64,000 nt of DNA from the human T2T-CHM13v2.0 reference genome, Homo sapiens. The notes below the pieces were generated by a model that made no database searches, was not told where the DNA came from, and saw only the letters and a program-made list of their open reading frames with translations. The DNA is taken from assembly GCF_009914755.1 (NCBI RefSeq), contig NC_060928.1; one strand, 5' to 3'. Each line of letters begins with the position of its first letter. Within the stretch, counting starts at the first letter, position 1. Below, in pieces: positions 1 to 15,868 of the stretch. Made by a program: the position numbers and the translations under genes.

Positions 1-240
1 TATTATGTTGAATAAGTATGGCGAGAGTGGGCATTCTTGTCTTATTCCAGTTTAGTATGTTGTTAACTGAGGTTTTGTCATATACAGCCTTTATTGTGTT
101 GAGATATGTTTCTTCTATACCTAATTTTTTAAGAATTTTCATCCTGAAAGGTTGTTGAATTTTACCAAATCCTTATTCTGTGTCTATTGAGATGATCATG
201 TGGTTTTGTCCTTCATTGTGTTGATGTCATGTATCATAAT
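1..240 (-). mobile_element. L1 ORF2 fragment
   Basis: GAGAGTGGGCATTCTTGTCTT...GAGATGATCATGTGGTTTT is typical antisense L1. Confidence 0.8.
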
Positions 241-989
241 ACACTCTTATTTAGTAAGAATGAGATCATGACTCTATCTGATTTTAGGAGCCACATTCTC
301 TGAGCTGATAGCATAACTGTTTAGAACATGAAAAATAAGAATTCAGACAAACTGATCACTCATAAACATGAGACTTTAAGTTCTAAATTTTTTTCTGATA
401 TGTTAATATTGGAGGAGTTTTCAGGTTTCAGAATCTTGGCCATTCACATTTCATGTTATCAGAATAAACAAATTCCATAGAAACTTTAGGGCTGAATCAT
501 ATTTCACATAATGTCACCAACCCAATCAACATCTGAATGCATGTTTTAATGTCTAAGTTTTCTTGCAATGGCTTCTATTTAAAATTTACAAAGCTGTTTT
601 ATTTCTGCTGACGTGTAAAACTCTAGGCTTTGCTTCTCAACCACTTCCTTCACACCCACAAAAATCTTAGATTTTTTTTTTCTTTATTCTCTAGGTTCTA
701 GGTCTGTTAATGCTTTCAGACATCCAATTAAATATACTGACTTTTTTACATAATCATTCATATCATGGCAATATTGGCTTTGCCCTGTAAAATCTGCCTT
801 ATGTATAACTCTGTATAAAACAAAATCATATACAATGATTTATGAAACATTTTAGATTTTTCATTAAGTTTTAAGTAGCAAACTAGTATGATTAACTGTG
901 GGTAAAGCAGGACTAAATCCAATCACCCTAAACAGACTAACATCTCAATGATTGAAAAAAAGATTCAATTTGTATTGAGAAGATCTGTT

Positions 990-1530
990 CTTTTGTTTCC
1001 CCTATCCCATCACTTCCTTTGATGACAGCATCTTGATTTTCTTCAGCAAGCCACATCGTTCCTCTTCACTTCCAGACCATGTGGTTTTGGGGGTGCTGAT
1101 GCCAACTCCAGGCTCTAGTTAATCCTGGTCTGGACCATTGGCATATCCCAGACCTCTGGCTTCGGTGATTGGTTTAAGGATGGTCACATGACCCAAGGTG
1201 TTCAGGGGAGAGTTGACCACAGGATGTTAGTTGAACCATTGAGAAAACAATGAGCTTCCTTTCCTACCAGGCTGCTAAACTGCCATAAGGTGAGCTTGGG
1301 GAAGTGAAAAACTTCTCGCCACCATGTCGGGAACCTGTCCTAGAGGGAAGTCCACATCTTGAAAACCAGAGCTGAGACATAAAGACGAGGTCCGTACAAC
1401 AGCATTTGATTTGGGTATCTGGGACGTTTCAAATAATGTGAGGCAACATATTCCTTTTTTAGTTGGCTGGTTTGTTATAGCAATTTTTAATGGGATTTCT
1501 GTCCCTTGTAACCAGAATAATCGTGATCAA
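990..1530 (+). mobile_element. MLT1-type MaLR LTR (old)
   Basis: GATTGGTTTAAGGATGGTCACATGACCCAA and a 3' TTTCTGTCCCTTGTAACCA resemble MLT1. Confidence 0.6.
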
Positions 1531-2524
1531 CATCACAGTCTTTTAAGAGATCTGAAGGAAACTACATTCCTCAGAATCCTTAAGCATAGATCAAATAACA
1601 ACATAAAGAAAATTCGAGTAATTTAAATTGCTGCTTTGTGCTTTGATCTATCTGAAATGTCCTCGACCCAGCCTACTAAGATAATGTTGTCAATTATCCT
1701 GACATTCCTCTTTGTTGAAATAAAGATGCTTTTCTTCAGAACCTCACTTTAGCCCAGAAGCAAGCTGACAAGCTTCAAGGAAACTTAAATTGGCATTAAA
1801 TTTAAGGTGCTTGCAATTCACGTGACTGTATCCCAGGGCTTGGAGTCTGCCATGCGTGAGTTTCCTCCTCCAGCCATGCTGGGCTGCACCCCATTGCCTG
1901 CATGTGGCGTCCCCTTCCCACTTATTGACCTTCACACACATGGTTCCGTCCACCAAGAATGCTCTTTGCTCTTCTTTGGATCTAATTAACTTCTATTTAT
2001 TCTTCACATTTCAGTTCCAAAAACCATTGCTGGCCTCTGGATTTAATGAAGTCCTCTGTTGGCAATCGAATGCCTAGTATGTCTTCTTAGTCCTGTGCCT
2101 ATTCATAATTAATTTGTGGTTATTCGTTTAATGTTTGTCTTCTCTGAAGGAAACTGCATTCCTCAGAGTCCATGAGGAGTTTGCTTACCACTGCCTTCCA
2201 GCACCCAGCCCAATTCCTGGACACAGAACATACTCAGTAATAATTTCCCTGTAACATACACAGCCTAGAGTCACCGTATTTATTGCAAAGACTTATTCTA
2301 CTCTGAAGCCCTGACTTAGCTCAGCCTATTGCTACTCCAGTACATGTATTGGACAGGGAGCTGGACCCCTTCTTTTGCTCCTTTCTAATTGATCTTTCCT
2401 TGCTTCTGGGATCTCTCCAAACTCTCTTTTCCCAAGACATTCACTGCTCATTTAATGCACTGTAAATGATAGCTGTATTTTGAGGCGTATACCTATATGA
2501 CACATTTCTGAGTAGATATAGTAA

Positions 2525-2886
<362 letters not shown>

Positions 2887-3364
2887 TAACAATGATCTCT
2901 ATTAGAATCCTGGTTTGGGGACATCCAATGATATTTAGGTGCCCTTAGTACTTAGTACTTTAGTAGACTGACCTAGGAACTTTAGCAGCTGACCTAGGAA
3001 CAGCACTTTCTTCCTTCCAAGAGTAGTGCAGTCATGGTATCAGGGTGAGAGAGGCTAGACTGTAGCCTGGCCCCCAGAGGACCAGATCAGCTGCTCACAG
3101 AATCCAGGGTGGACAGTGTGGCCTGATCCATCTGGGCTCCATGAAGATCATCAAGGGAGAAGGTTCCCCACTGCACCTTCCATCACAAACCTGAGAATGG
3201 CCTCTTCACTGATATTTCATAACTTCAAATACATATAAAATGAATATATTTAATATATACTCTACAATCTATGAATAAGATAAATTTTCTCCTGATTCTT
3301 CCCCAAATATTTAGCCATTTTTTAAAATGCTAAAATGATGCCATAATAAAGAAATGTAAGAATA

Positions 3365-3660
3365 GGCCAGGTGCAATGGCTCGCGCCTATAATCCCAGCA
3401 CTTTGGGAGGCTGGTGGGGGCAGACTGCCTGAGGTCAGGAGTTCGAGACCAGCCTGCCCAACATGGTGAAACCCCGTCTCTACTAAAAATGCAAAAATTA
3501 GCTGGGCGTGGTGGCGGGCACCTGTAATCCCAGCTACTTGGGAGACTTGAGGTAGGAGCACTGCTTGAACCCAGGAGACAGAGGTTGTAGTGAGCCGAGA
3601 TCTCACCACTGCACTCCAGCCTGGGGGACAAAGCAAGGCTCCATCATAAAAAAAAAAAAA
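3365..3660 (+). mobile_element. AluS
   Basis: Full dimer with poly(A). Confidence 0.95.
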
Positions 3661-4979
3661 GAATAAAAGTTGGAAAACTTCAAACCATCCAGATTGCAGT
3701 CTCATTTTACCCATATAACTTATGTAATCCCAGCCATCTCTTCAATTTTCCAATCTTTAAATTGTGGGAAACCATACTGAACTTTTATGTATAATAGCTA
3801 ATTGCAAGCCTAAGTGTCTATACTAAATAATAAAGATAAACGGTGGTTTTCCTACCTTCTCCATAGGCGAGCCCACAAACTATCCCGACAATATATTTTA
3901 TGTCGAAATCATGCCAGTGCTTCTCTATATCCCTTCCCCGATCCATTGCAATGCAGTCTGTCGCTTGCAGCATACTGATGATGTAAGAACCTATTTCTGA
4001 GCATCTCTTGCAGAGTCCTCATAAAAAATGGCCGCCACTTTGGGGATGACTTTCCCATTTAACTCTTCTTAAAATACTCTGAGTTTCTTCTAATGATTTT
4101 AAGCATTGATATTTAGAAATAAAAATTTTCAAGATGACTTCTGGAATTTCCTTCCTTTTGTAAGAGCAATTTTAAAAGATACCATTTCGATTCCATATCA
4201 GACATTTTGCCGCTTCCAATGCAACATCTGGGTTTGTGTGTGTGATCAAGAATGACAGCTGACATGTCACTGCACTGATTTTGACGTTCGTGAATACAGA
4301 AATCATCACAGACTTGGACAATGTATGTTGGGTGGTAGTGGTATGATCTGTAACATTCACCTATGCATGTTTTTACCACTTTTTTAAAAATGTAAATAAA
4401 GTGAATAACAAGGGAGGTAGATTATGATTTTTAAAAATGTAATGGGAGCATCATAAAACACTCTGAACTTTATTTTTTTCTTTACCATTTTCACCACCAC
4501 CTACTAGGCTTAAAAGTATTCTCCACTCTATGTGGAAGGTCATGTCTATACCCACAACATTGAAAGAACTTCTCCCCAATCAGCTGACTAATTACGATTT
4601 ACCTGATGCATTAATGTGGCACGTGTATCCTGTGACATGTAAGTAGAATTAAGGCAGTAGAACTTTAAGAAGTTAATAGATCTGCAAACTTTGCCCCAGG
4701 CTTTTGCAATCAGAAACTCGGGGTTTGCTGGAGCTCTACAAAGGATTTTGACATAGCCTGAGGTGAGAACCATGAAAATGAGTTCTGTTATGGAGGAATG
4801 TGGTAAATGTCCTACACGGGTTAGCTTCATCATGTGCCCCAGAGCTGACCTGAGCTGTCCGGTGGGTACCTAGTTCAACAGCAGCCCAGGCCTGCGGTTG
4901 CAGCCCTGCATGCACCCTGCATTACCTGCGCGCTTTCAAACACTGCTGGGCACAGCCCTACCCTAGACCATGTGTACAC

Positions 4980-5162
4980 ACCACGGTTATTGGTCTTCAC
5001 CGTGCATCAGAATGGTCTGCAGAGAGTTTAAAAACAACAGGTGTGTGAGACCCACTGCTTGGAGACTGTGTTTCACATGGTCACGGGTGGGGTCCAGGTG
5101 TTCATATATTTTGGAAACCGGGTTGGTGATTTCAATGAGCAGCCATCATTGAGTAACACTGG
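4980..5162. mobile_element. MER5-like hAT DNA transposon relic
   Basis: GTGCATCAGAAT...GGTGATTTCAATGAGCAGCCA...GAGTAACACTG. Confidence 0.55.
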
Positions 5163-5900
5163 TGTGTGTCCGTGTGTGCACACACACGCATAGGCAGTAT
5201 AAACACGTATGTTAACATGGGCTCCACTGCAGCCTCGGCTGAGCGTTAAACATGGACCTACCTGTGTGACTGGCTTACTGTTGAGGCCACCGGAGATCTC
5301 TTCACGTAAAGGAGCCCAGTGCGAGCGAAGAAGGACTCAGGCAGCTGAAGCCGCTGGGAACAAAGCCTTCATCATGGGGGTGGGAGGCGTCGTGCACCTG
5401 AGTGCAGCAAGGCACCTGCCTTTCAGCTCCGTCCCCACATCCACAGACTTGGTCCTGGGAGACGGACATCTTTAAAGAAAAAAGAAAAAAAACTCAGTGA
5501 CTTGAGGTTGCACTAGCCAACAGAAAGGAACATGGAGTTACGAAAGCGACATGCTCCTCACTTCTCCACAGATGACCTTTCATTTGCTTTTGCAGGATGA
5601 GGCCGTCAGTGCCTTGCCACGAGTCTGAGGTGGGAAGAAAGGGTCGCAGCTCCTGGCACATGGCAGAATTAGCGAAGCGTGCCATGTGGAGGTCTGAGGT
5701 CTGCAGGTTCTGAGTAGACAGTGAAACCCACTGCTCCCGCCATCCCTTTCTCTGTCACACACACACACCTAGTGACCTTCAAAAGTGTCTCGGGAGAATT
5801 TGGCAGGATGCTCGTGTCCTGTGCCAGTGACAGCACTGTCATCACTGTTAGTGTGACCCTATCTGTTTTTCAGGCTTGTAAGGTGACCAGGAGGAACATA

Positions 5901-5903
<3 letters not shown>

Positions 5904-5942
<39 letters not shown>
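5904..5942. repeat. (CA)n microsatellite
   Basis: About 19 uninterrupted units. Confidence 0.95.
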
Positions 5943-5943
<1 letters not shown>

Positions 5944-7746
5944 GCGTGGCCACCGTCCCATGGGAAAGTGAGGACAGGTTCACACTCTGGGGACATGGGA
6001 AGCAAAATATCACAGTGGAAGCTGCCCCCAAGCCGAAGACGTGGGACACCAAGTTCACCCGTCTCTTCCGCAACCACGAGAAGTCTAATGATGGGAAAAT
6101 GGAACCAGCCCACACAGCGACACTGGAGTCACCTCTTGCACTTGTGTAAACACACACAACCAAGCTACAAGTTACATGAATTTGTTTCTGGCATTGACCA
6201 AAATCCCCCGTCTCTGGGAACTGGTGAACACAGTATCTGGGATGATATTTCTGACCCTATATTTCTGACCTATATATTTTTTTCTTCATGTTTCTCTTTT
6301 TAAAAATTCTTTGTCTCTTCCAATGAGTTTATAATGGGCTAGCCACTTTCTTGATAAAGGGCATTTATTACAGCTATAGAAAAATCTGGTTTCTCTGTCT
6401 ACAGATAGTAAGTCACATCTCAAGCAGTGAATGTCTCCTTACAAATTTGCCTCTAGCCGGTTATGTGTGATGCTGAAACTGAAGATCTGTCACCCTCCAG
6501 AACATCTACAGGATGAATGCCTCCCACAGTGGCTAGTCAGCCAGAATTGTCTCCTCCCCACGTGAACTGTGGCCAGGCACAAACATCTGGCAATGGCCCT
6601 AAGTTGTGATGAGAAGAAAGTCACTGTTTAATGCTTTCTGAAAATTTCCCTCTCACTTTGCAGAAGATGATGACTTGTTACTTCCTAAATTTCGCAGTTG
6701 GGAACCCTGGTTTTCCCATCCAGGTTTTGCTGTTTAACTCTCCAGGCTGTAAATGCAAAGAAAGGAGTCAGAGTTAAATGAGTGCCTCCTGTGGGATGTT
6801 TTAGAAAGAATTCAATGAATTCAATTCCGTAAGAAGGTCTGCAGTTTTATCATTTAAATCATCAAGTCTATACATTAACAAATTTGGGATTAAACACTCC
6901 AGGTGTATGATATAGAGGGGACTTGTTTTCCAAGCCCTCTGTGAAAGACATGCCAAATGCTTACATTTTTTAGCATGAGATTTTCTTTATTAAAGGAAAC
7001 CAGCTTAAACACTTTCAGAAAATAATCTCGAACAACAAAGAAAACTGATTTACCTTGTGTTTCCCTACTGTTTTCTGCAATCGCTTGCCGTACTAAAAGG
7101 GACAGACGGTGCTTTTAACAGAGTTTGTGAAAAGGATGCACTATCTCTTCAAGGTTTAAGGCCCTCTGTTATTTCCACTATTATTTTAATGATCTACAAA
7201 ATTCATATGGATTCCACATAGATTAACCAACACCTTCCTCACTAGTTCATTCCAATGCCACATGTAAATATTCATGTGAATTCAACCAACTGATCAAATG
7301 TAAGAACTTGATGTTCTTTAATTTTGTTTTGCTTTCCTCAGATTTATTTCTGAGAATCTAGGGACATAGAATATGCTAGTTTGGATGGCTGTGGATTTGA
7401 TTAAAGATTTAAAATAAAAGAAGACCTAATAAATATTTTATTTTCTTCTTACACACACACAACCCTTTTACTCGATTTTTTATTGTACCCAAAGACATAA
7501 GGAACAGATGAAATGATATATGGGACCCTCCCAACACTGGGTGCCACCGATTTTATGAAATGTATCATTGATCACTGATCATAATCAGATGCACAATTCT
7601 ACCCTAATTGGAAATACAGAACAGAGCACTCAGTCAATAAAAATTTGAGAGCACATTATTTAAACTCATAAAATACCTAGAATTTTTGCTCTTCAATTAT
7701 TAATAAGGAAATGTCATGATATTCAAATGATAAGAGATTTCTTTGA

Positions 7747-8065
<319 letters not shown>

Positions 8066-8484
8066 TGAGAAAGTTCTAAACCCACTATTTCCCAGATATA
8101 TAATTTGGTCAGCGCATGTGTCCTATTATTTGAAGTTTGATCCATCACAGTAGGGATGACAGTTATTAATGTTGCATTGAATTCATGGAAGTGTCAGAAA
8201 AAGCAATGCTTGGAAGCCAGTTGTTCTGTGAGTTTGTGTCTTTCCTCTCTGCCTCTGCATGCGATCTCACCGCCCATGTTAAATGGATGTCACCCTTTCT
8301 CCTCCTTGGATTCAACCTGCTTACCCTGGGCTAAGGGAGCCACAGAATGGCCAGTGCGGGAACTGTGTGACTCAGTCTCGGTCCCATCTCCTCGTCTCTG
8401 TCCTCTCAGATCACACATAGTCCTGTTTCAATCACTAATCGGGAACAGCTCTGTTAATTCCACTATAGAATTCTTCTTTCTCAC

Positions 8485-8700
8485 AGTTACTCAGTCAGTA
8501 GCGTTTACTGAGTATCTCCTGCATCCTGGGCACTTCTCCACTCCAATGTGACAGCAGTGAATCAAACGACAGCTAGCCCTGCCCGCAGGCACTTGCATTC
8601 CAGAGAGAGGAGACAAAGAATACAAAACTAAAAATATAAAAGACGATGTGCCACACGTTGGAAAGCGATACATACTCTGGAGGTGAGTAAAACATGAAGA
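8485..8700 (-). mobile_element. L2 3' fragment
   Basis: TTTACTGAGTATCT...CTGGGCACT...AGCAGTGAA signature. Confidence 0.55.
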
Positions 8701-8852
8701 CAGAAATATGACTACAGTGAGATAATTTTACCCTCAAAATCTAGGGAAATTTGTAAAAGAGAAGGGATAAGAAATAAAAAAATGGCAAAATGTCACATTC
8801 ACAGCAAGAACTTTCCTGGTTCAATTCATTTATATTTTTACTTAAGTTTTAA

Positions 8853-9147
8853 TTTTTTTTTTTTTTTTGAGATGGAGCCTCGCTCTGTCCCCCAGGCTGG
8901 AGTGCAGTGGCACGATCTCGGCTGCCTGAAGCCTCCACTTCCCAGGTTCAAGCGATTCTCCTACCTCAGCCTCTTGAGTAGCTGGGATTACAGGCATGCA
9001 CCACCACATCCCGCTAATTTTGTATTTTTAGTAGAAACGGGGTTTCACCATGTTGGCCAGGCTGGTCTTGAACTCCTGACCTCATGATCTGCCTGCCTCA
9101 GTCTCCCAAAGTGCTGGGATTACAGGTATGAGCCACCGCACCAGGCC
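8853..9147 (-). mobile_element. AluS
   Basis: Full dimer; TSD TAAGTTTTAATTTT. Confidence 0.95.
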
Positions 9148-9159
9148 TAAGTTTTAATT

Positions 9160-9985
<826 letters not shown>

Positions 9986-9997
9986 TATGACTTAAAG

Positions 9998-10098
9998 CAA
10001 GATGAACTGTTTTGCTATTATGTAGCAGAATCAAGATGAACTGTTTTGCTATTATGTAGCAGAATCAAGATGAACTCTTTTGCTATTATGTAGCAGAA
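9998..10098. repeat. 34-bp tandem repeat, 3 copies
   Basis: CAAGATGAACTGTTTTGCTATTATGTAGCAGAAT at 9998, 10032 and 10066. Confidence 0.92.
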
Positions 10099-10689
10099 AC
10101 AGAATTAAACCTAGCCTGCAGAATTCAGAGTCCCATGTGTTCTATTGTTATGCTATCCCAGTGTATGCCATTGAGTGGATAAAATGAAATGGCATCATTG
10201 TGCTTATCCCATAGGAAGCAACCCATACATGACAGATACTGCTATTATAACTCAGCACCATCCATTCAGTCATCGTGTGGTCTTCATCTTTTGAAGCCTC
10301 ATTTTCTCATCTGTAGAACTTGCGTGAGTATTAAGAAGATGTCTGAGGATGCCAGGTGCTAGAGCTGCAGAGAGAACCTGCAGAGAGAAGGGGTGTTGGT
10401 TGTGTTGGTTATTAGGGTGTCTCAGGCCATCGTTCAGCACCCTGACCTCTTCCTTCAAGCTGAGCCCTGGGGAAGGGAGCAGAGGGGCATGAATAGGTCA
10501 GTTTTGGGGCCCGCCCTATGACCTCCACATCTCTCTTCTTCTTTCCTCTTCTCCAAATTTTAGAATGTGCATCCTTTCCAATCTTTTTTGTTGTTAATGT
10601 AGTTGTTTGTTCATATGCCAGTACCGCAGCTACAGAGGCCCTGAAATGCCAAGAATTAACTTCTTTTCTTCCCTATACTGTTTTAAAGC

Positions 10690-11236
10690 ACAGGTTTTGT
10701 TATAATTTTGATAGGGCAAGACCAGTAGATAGGAGATGACTACCATTGAAAAAAAAGTCTGATGCTCACAGATGCCAAGAGGAGTGAGCGCCTACAGTGT
10801 GTGGCCACACGGGTAGCACCCGGGTCAGGCAGGAGGCAGAGTGAGCAGGGGGAGAATGCTGGGGAGAGGATTCCATGGGAAGGAGCAGGCAAGGCAGGGT
10901 GAGCAGGCTCAGGGTGGAGAGCTTGAATAATTTCAGCAGACTCTGGGCATAGGGCCTGTCCCTAACTGTCTGGTACCTGGTTTGGGGTGATCAGGGCAGG
11001 GGGAATCATGTTGAATTTGAGATCCCCAGTAGAGGACGTGGTTAGGGGCATGGGCTTTGGATTGGTTCATGTGCATTTGAAAGGCTCTCTCTGGAGGCGG
11101 GGGTCCTTCACTGTCTCTAGGAATCGGCTAACTAGAGACAGTAGTAAGCTAACTGACTGCCAGTCCCCCCAGGCTCAGCCAGACTCCAATGTCAAACCAT
11201 AAATATACATAAAATAAAAAGACATGGTTAGACACA
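10690..11236 (-). mobile_element. LTR (MER31/MER67-like)
   Basis: TTGAATAATTTCAGCAGACTCTGGGCATAGGGCCTGTCCCTA...GGTACCTGG; related to 51080-51540. Confidence 0.55.
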
Positions 11237-11844
11237 TGCATTCTGCAGTGTCAAATAACACTTGGGCAATGGAAAATTCATATCTAGTCTCCCAGGTGGG
11301 AAAAAAAAAAAAAAAGGAAATATCAAGAACGGTTACTATTGCAAAGTGTTATCCCACTAAACACCCTCTATCTCTCTGTGTTTTGTAGCATGAAGCTTTG
11401 TTACCATGACGTCACATGCTATCCATGGGGTTTTGTTGCTGTTACAGAGGTCCCCGTGATATGCTGTCCTGCATTTCTAGACATGTCTTTGGTTTGGAAG
11501 CCTGACACCACCAAAAGAGAACTGCAGTGCAAATGGTTTTGAAATCCTCCACTAATCATCCTAGAAGCTCAGCTAGTTCCAGGGCCTTCCATAATTCCAA
11601 TTCCAAAGGACTTCATATCAAAACATTCTTTGCTTGTTTTGCTACCCCCCAAGATTGCATTTATCCCTTCTCTGGAGATTTTAACAGTTGGTGAGCTACC
11701 CTAGGCTCTGGTGGCACCTTCTATAAGTGACCCTTGACCTTCCACTTTCCTGAACTGATGAAAACATAGCTGTGTTAGCTCAAATAAATATTTCCTAACT
11801 GCCTGCTTTGGGGAAAATGCTGTGTGAAATGCTTGATGGATTTA

Positions 11845-12180
11845 TTTATTCAACACCTGTTTATGAAGTGTTGATTATGTGCTAGACACTTTTGCAGACA
11901 TTGAGGATACAGTAGTGGACTAAATAGACAAAGCTCCCTCATGGAGCTTATTTTGTAGTGGGGTAGGCGGGTGCTGGCAATAAACAAGGTGAAAATATAT
12001 GGCATGTCAGGTGGTGATAAAAGCCAGGGGGTAAAATGATGCCACGATGGGGGAGAGGAGGCCTGCCACTTTAAATAAGACAGTAAGAAAAGGTCTTTGT
12101 GAAGGTGACATTTTAGCAAAGATTTGAAGGATGTCTCTGAGAGAGGATTGTTGGAGATGGACACAAGAGGGATTGAGCAA
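11845..12180 (-). mobile_element. L2 fragment
   Basis: ATTTATTCAACA...GTGCTAGACACT...CTCCCTCATGGAGCTTA. Confidence 0.7.
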
Positions 12181-12347
12181 GAAACACAAGCAGTGGCAGC
12201 TGAAACCTGGGTTTCTCAAAATGGAGTTTATGGAGAGTGTGTGTAACAACAATAAGATAAAAAAAGGAGAGATATAAGATCAGTGCCTTCACCTCAAGAA
12301 CTTCATGGTCTCATTAGAGAGGTTTCCTAACAACAAACCATTAGAAA

Positions 12348-12892
12348 TGAGACAGAGCAGGGATCCCTCTTAGGGGCCTGCAAGTCCCTCAAGCATGAAA
12401 GAAAAATCTTGAATTTCTTCAAGGGGAATTCCAGGCACCCAGCTATCCCTGAAGAGTAAATGAGCAACTTGACCAGCAAGAAGGTAATAGTAGCTTAAAA
12501 CAATAACCAAGGGAGTTGAAGTCATGGGGTGTTTGGTAAAGTCATGGGGTATTTAGATAAAGCTTCACCTCCTTACCCAATTGCAAACCCCAACATCTTT
12601 GAATCCACCTGTGACCTGTGGAACCCTGCTTCATGACACCCTACTTTTTTAGGCCAAACCAATATAGAGCCTCAATATATTAATTGACTTCTTTGCCTGC
12701 AATCTCTGCTTCTCCAGATTTAAAATCTCCTACCTGTAAGCCACCGAGAGGTCAGGTCTCAATTGTAAGCTGCCCAATTCTCTTTCCTTGGCATCCTGCA
12801 AATAAACACCTTGCTTTCCCCTGCTGCAAACCACGGTGTGGATGTTTGGCCTCACCCCACAGGAGAGCAGACACCAGTTCAGTTCAGTAACA
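12348..12892 (+). mobile_element. ERV1 (MER4-group) solo LTR
   Basis: TG...CA termini, internal AATAAA, 4-bp TSD GAAA. Confidence 0.8.
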
Positions 12893-15868
12893 GAAATAGG
12901 TCATTAAAGATGGATTCTGTCTACAGTTCACCCAAGCAAGTGAAGTCTGTGTTAAAATACTCAATAGTATCTCTCTTAGCTCTTGCCAGAATGAACATGA
13001 AGTCAATGACAGGTTGGTAACTCATAAAATTAAGGCAGATTTCCACACTCATCGTCACCACTCTCACCTAACACTTGGTCAGCATCTACTGTAAACAGTT
13101 TACTCTACTGAGTGTAGGAAGAGGCACAGTCGTGAGTGTGAGCTTCCTGAGTGGGGACGTCCTGCGCTGTCACTTTTAAGGAAGGCTTCACGTAGGCCAT
13201 GCTGGAACCCAGAGTGCCTGAGACAACCGCTAGGGAGGAGACTTCCTGAGGCCTGTGGCTGAAGGAGAATGAGCCAGGGCTTCTCACAGGCAGACATGGG
13301 TGTAAAGGGAAACGAGGGAAGGAGTTTGGCCTTCATGTGCTGGTCCTTACCCTGGGTCGATGGCGGTGGATGCAGGGCTAGGTGTGAAAGAGACAATCCT
13401 ACTTTACTGAAGGTCTTGGGAGCTCAGCAGCGTGGACTTGCCGGGATTCAGCTCCCTGGGCCCTGCCCTCTTCTGCAATATGGACAGCAACCGGGTAAGG
13501 AGGCGTTGAGAGAAGAGACTCGTAGAAGGGCAGGTGTGCAGAACCGAACATGGAGGGCATCGGTGAGACGTCCCAAGGCTTCCAGGAATAGCTGCAAAGA
13601 GCACAGGGCTGCCTGGAGAGCCTGTGTCTGCAGCAGAAACCAGCACCTGCAGGACAGGCCATGGCTGTGAGGGGGATGTTGGAGGTGCTCAGCTTACTGA
13701 GCTCTGGAGCCAGCATCATATGTGAATATGTGTTAGCACGTCGTCCAGCACTGTGTGATTCGTAGTAAATCTTTACAGAATTGAAATCTATCTGGTGTCT
13801 CTAGAAATTGACTTGAAGCACAAGGTAGCAGAAAGTACTTGTCAGAAGAAGACAGATGCTCAGTTCGGAGGAGGGAGAAACAGGGAACCCAGAGGAGGGC
13901 GAAGGCGTCACCTGTGAGGCCAGGCGTGTGGCCGTGAGCAGCCCCGTTGTGTTGCAGAGGTTTCACAGATCAGTAGTTACTGTCTTCATCTGGACTATAG
14001 AGAGCACATATCACATAGGCCACAAAGCCTGTCATTCTCCACAGTAGAAAACTTTTACAGGCTGTTTTTATCTCTAGAAACACTGGATTGTTTGGCAGTA
14101 ACAAGAAACATCTTTCCACCCACACACGCCCACGGAAGCATGTTGAACATCAGTGAAGTACGTTACACTGGGGATCGCACCGCGTATCTTCTTATATAGC
14201 AGTTTTTATATAGTAGTTCATTAGGGGAGCAGAGATTTTTTTTCTCTCTCTCCCCTCCCTTTGTAATTTTCAGAATAGCAAATAGCATGATCAAAGCCAT
14301 CATCTCCTGTTTTCCTTTCTCTAGAGTTTAAATAAATCAGGCTGAAAAATCTCTGAGCCTATGATAACAATCACTCATTGATAGCTTATCACTTAGGAAG
14401 AGGTTTCAAGGGCTAAAAGACGTAATGAAACCCCAACGCAGAACATGTAAATGAACAGACTGTCTCTTTCCCCTCATACATCCCACGCTACTCAGTACAG
14501 AGGCCAAAGCTCTGTGAATGCACAGGGCTGGGGAACGAGATGCCATCTGGAACTGGAGATGCAAAGCCACATCCCATCCCTGATCCGTATGGCCCAGGCC
14601 CAGCCTGGGAAGGTGTGGGGTATACTGACTGCGGGGGTCCCATCACTTCTCCTAGAACGGGTTCTCCGCGCGCTGTGCAGAGAACAATACTGTCCTCTAG
14701 CGCTCAGAGATCAGAACTGGAAATCAAGAAGCTTGTTTTTATTTCTCCTCCCATATTGTCAGTGATTCCCAGAGCAACATACCACTCCCAAAGCAAAGGG
14801 AATGGATTGACACAGTTCACAAAATCCAGGGCAGAATCATCCTGGCTTTGCCTCCCTTGTCTGGGTAATGACAGCTGCAGGGTTTTATCTGGTCTTTGGG
14901 GCAGTGCAGCATGTATTTAATCTATCCTTAGTTCAGCTTTGCCAAGGGAGAATCAAGATTTTTCTATCTTGATTAAATATGCATGTAATTTGTCATCAGC
15001 TAAATGAGCAAACAATATCTCCTTGTCCACCTCATAGACTTATGATGAGAATCAAATAAAAGCATAAAACAATGTAAAAGTATAAAACTGAATAAATGAG
15101 TTATTATTGAGGAAAATGCACATTTATCTGTTATTTAAAACACTTCTTTAATTCACTTCTATGTTTCAGGATTTTTACCTAGATATATAACATCACCATT
15201 TATATACATGCAATGAAAACATAATTTATATTCTATGTAATTACGTCCTTTCTAGCCCTACCGATAAGTCTTACCACGAAGAAAATGCTTTATTTTTTTG
15301 TGACTTTAAACTCTGGACAATATGTGTCTTCAACCTCTTATAATTCACCCACAGGGATTCTCTTCAAGGATGGTATAACCCACATTTCCAGAGCAGCCAC
15401 ACAGGACAGCCGCCTCTGCACAACCATTACCATAAGCATGCGTGTGTTTGGTACAGACAGAAATGGATGATGGGGAGTGTGGGCCCTACGTTGGAGAAGG
15501 TTATATTTGCTACCAGATACCACCACCAATTTGCTTAAAATTGCTTTCAAGCTATTAAAATACTGAGAAGGGGATGATCATAAATACTTAGATGGCTGAA
15601 TTTTTTGCTCTGTTAGGATAAAAATTGGATGGTAATACTTGGCTTCAAATTATACAACAGAGTAGTGACTTTTCTCACCCTTGCAAGAAAAATATTCTCA
15701 ATGAAATATCAGATTCAGAAACAAAACAAGAGAAAATGCCTTTTCATATGCTTCAGTAGGGAAATGGGATGCAAAGGAACACTTCTAATAAGGAAACATT
15801 TGCTTAAAGTGATTTTTAAGGAAAGTTCTTTTATAATGACCTTTAAAATAGTTAAGATCATACCTGGT

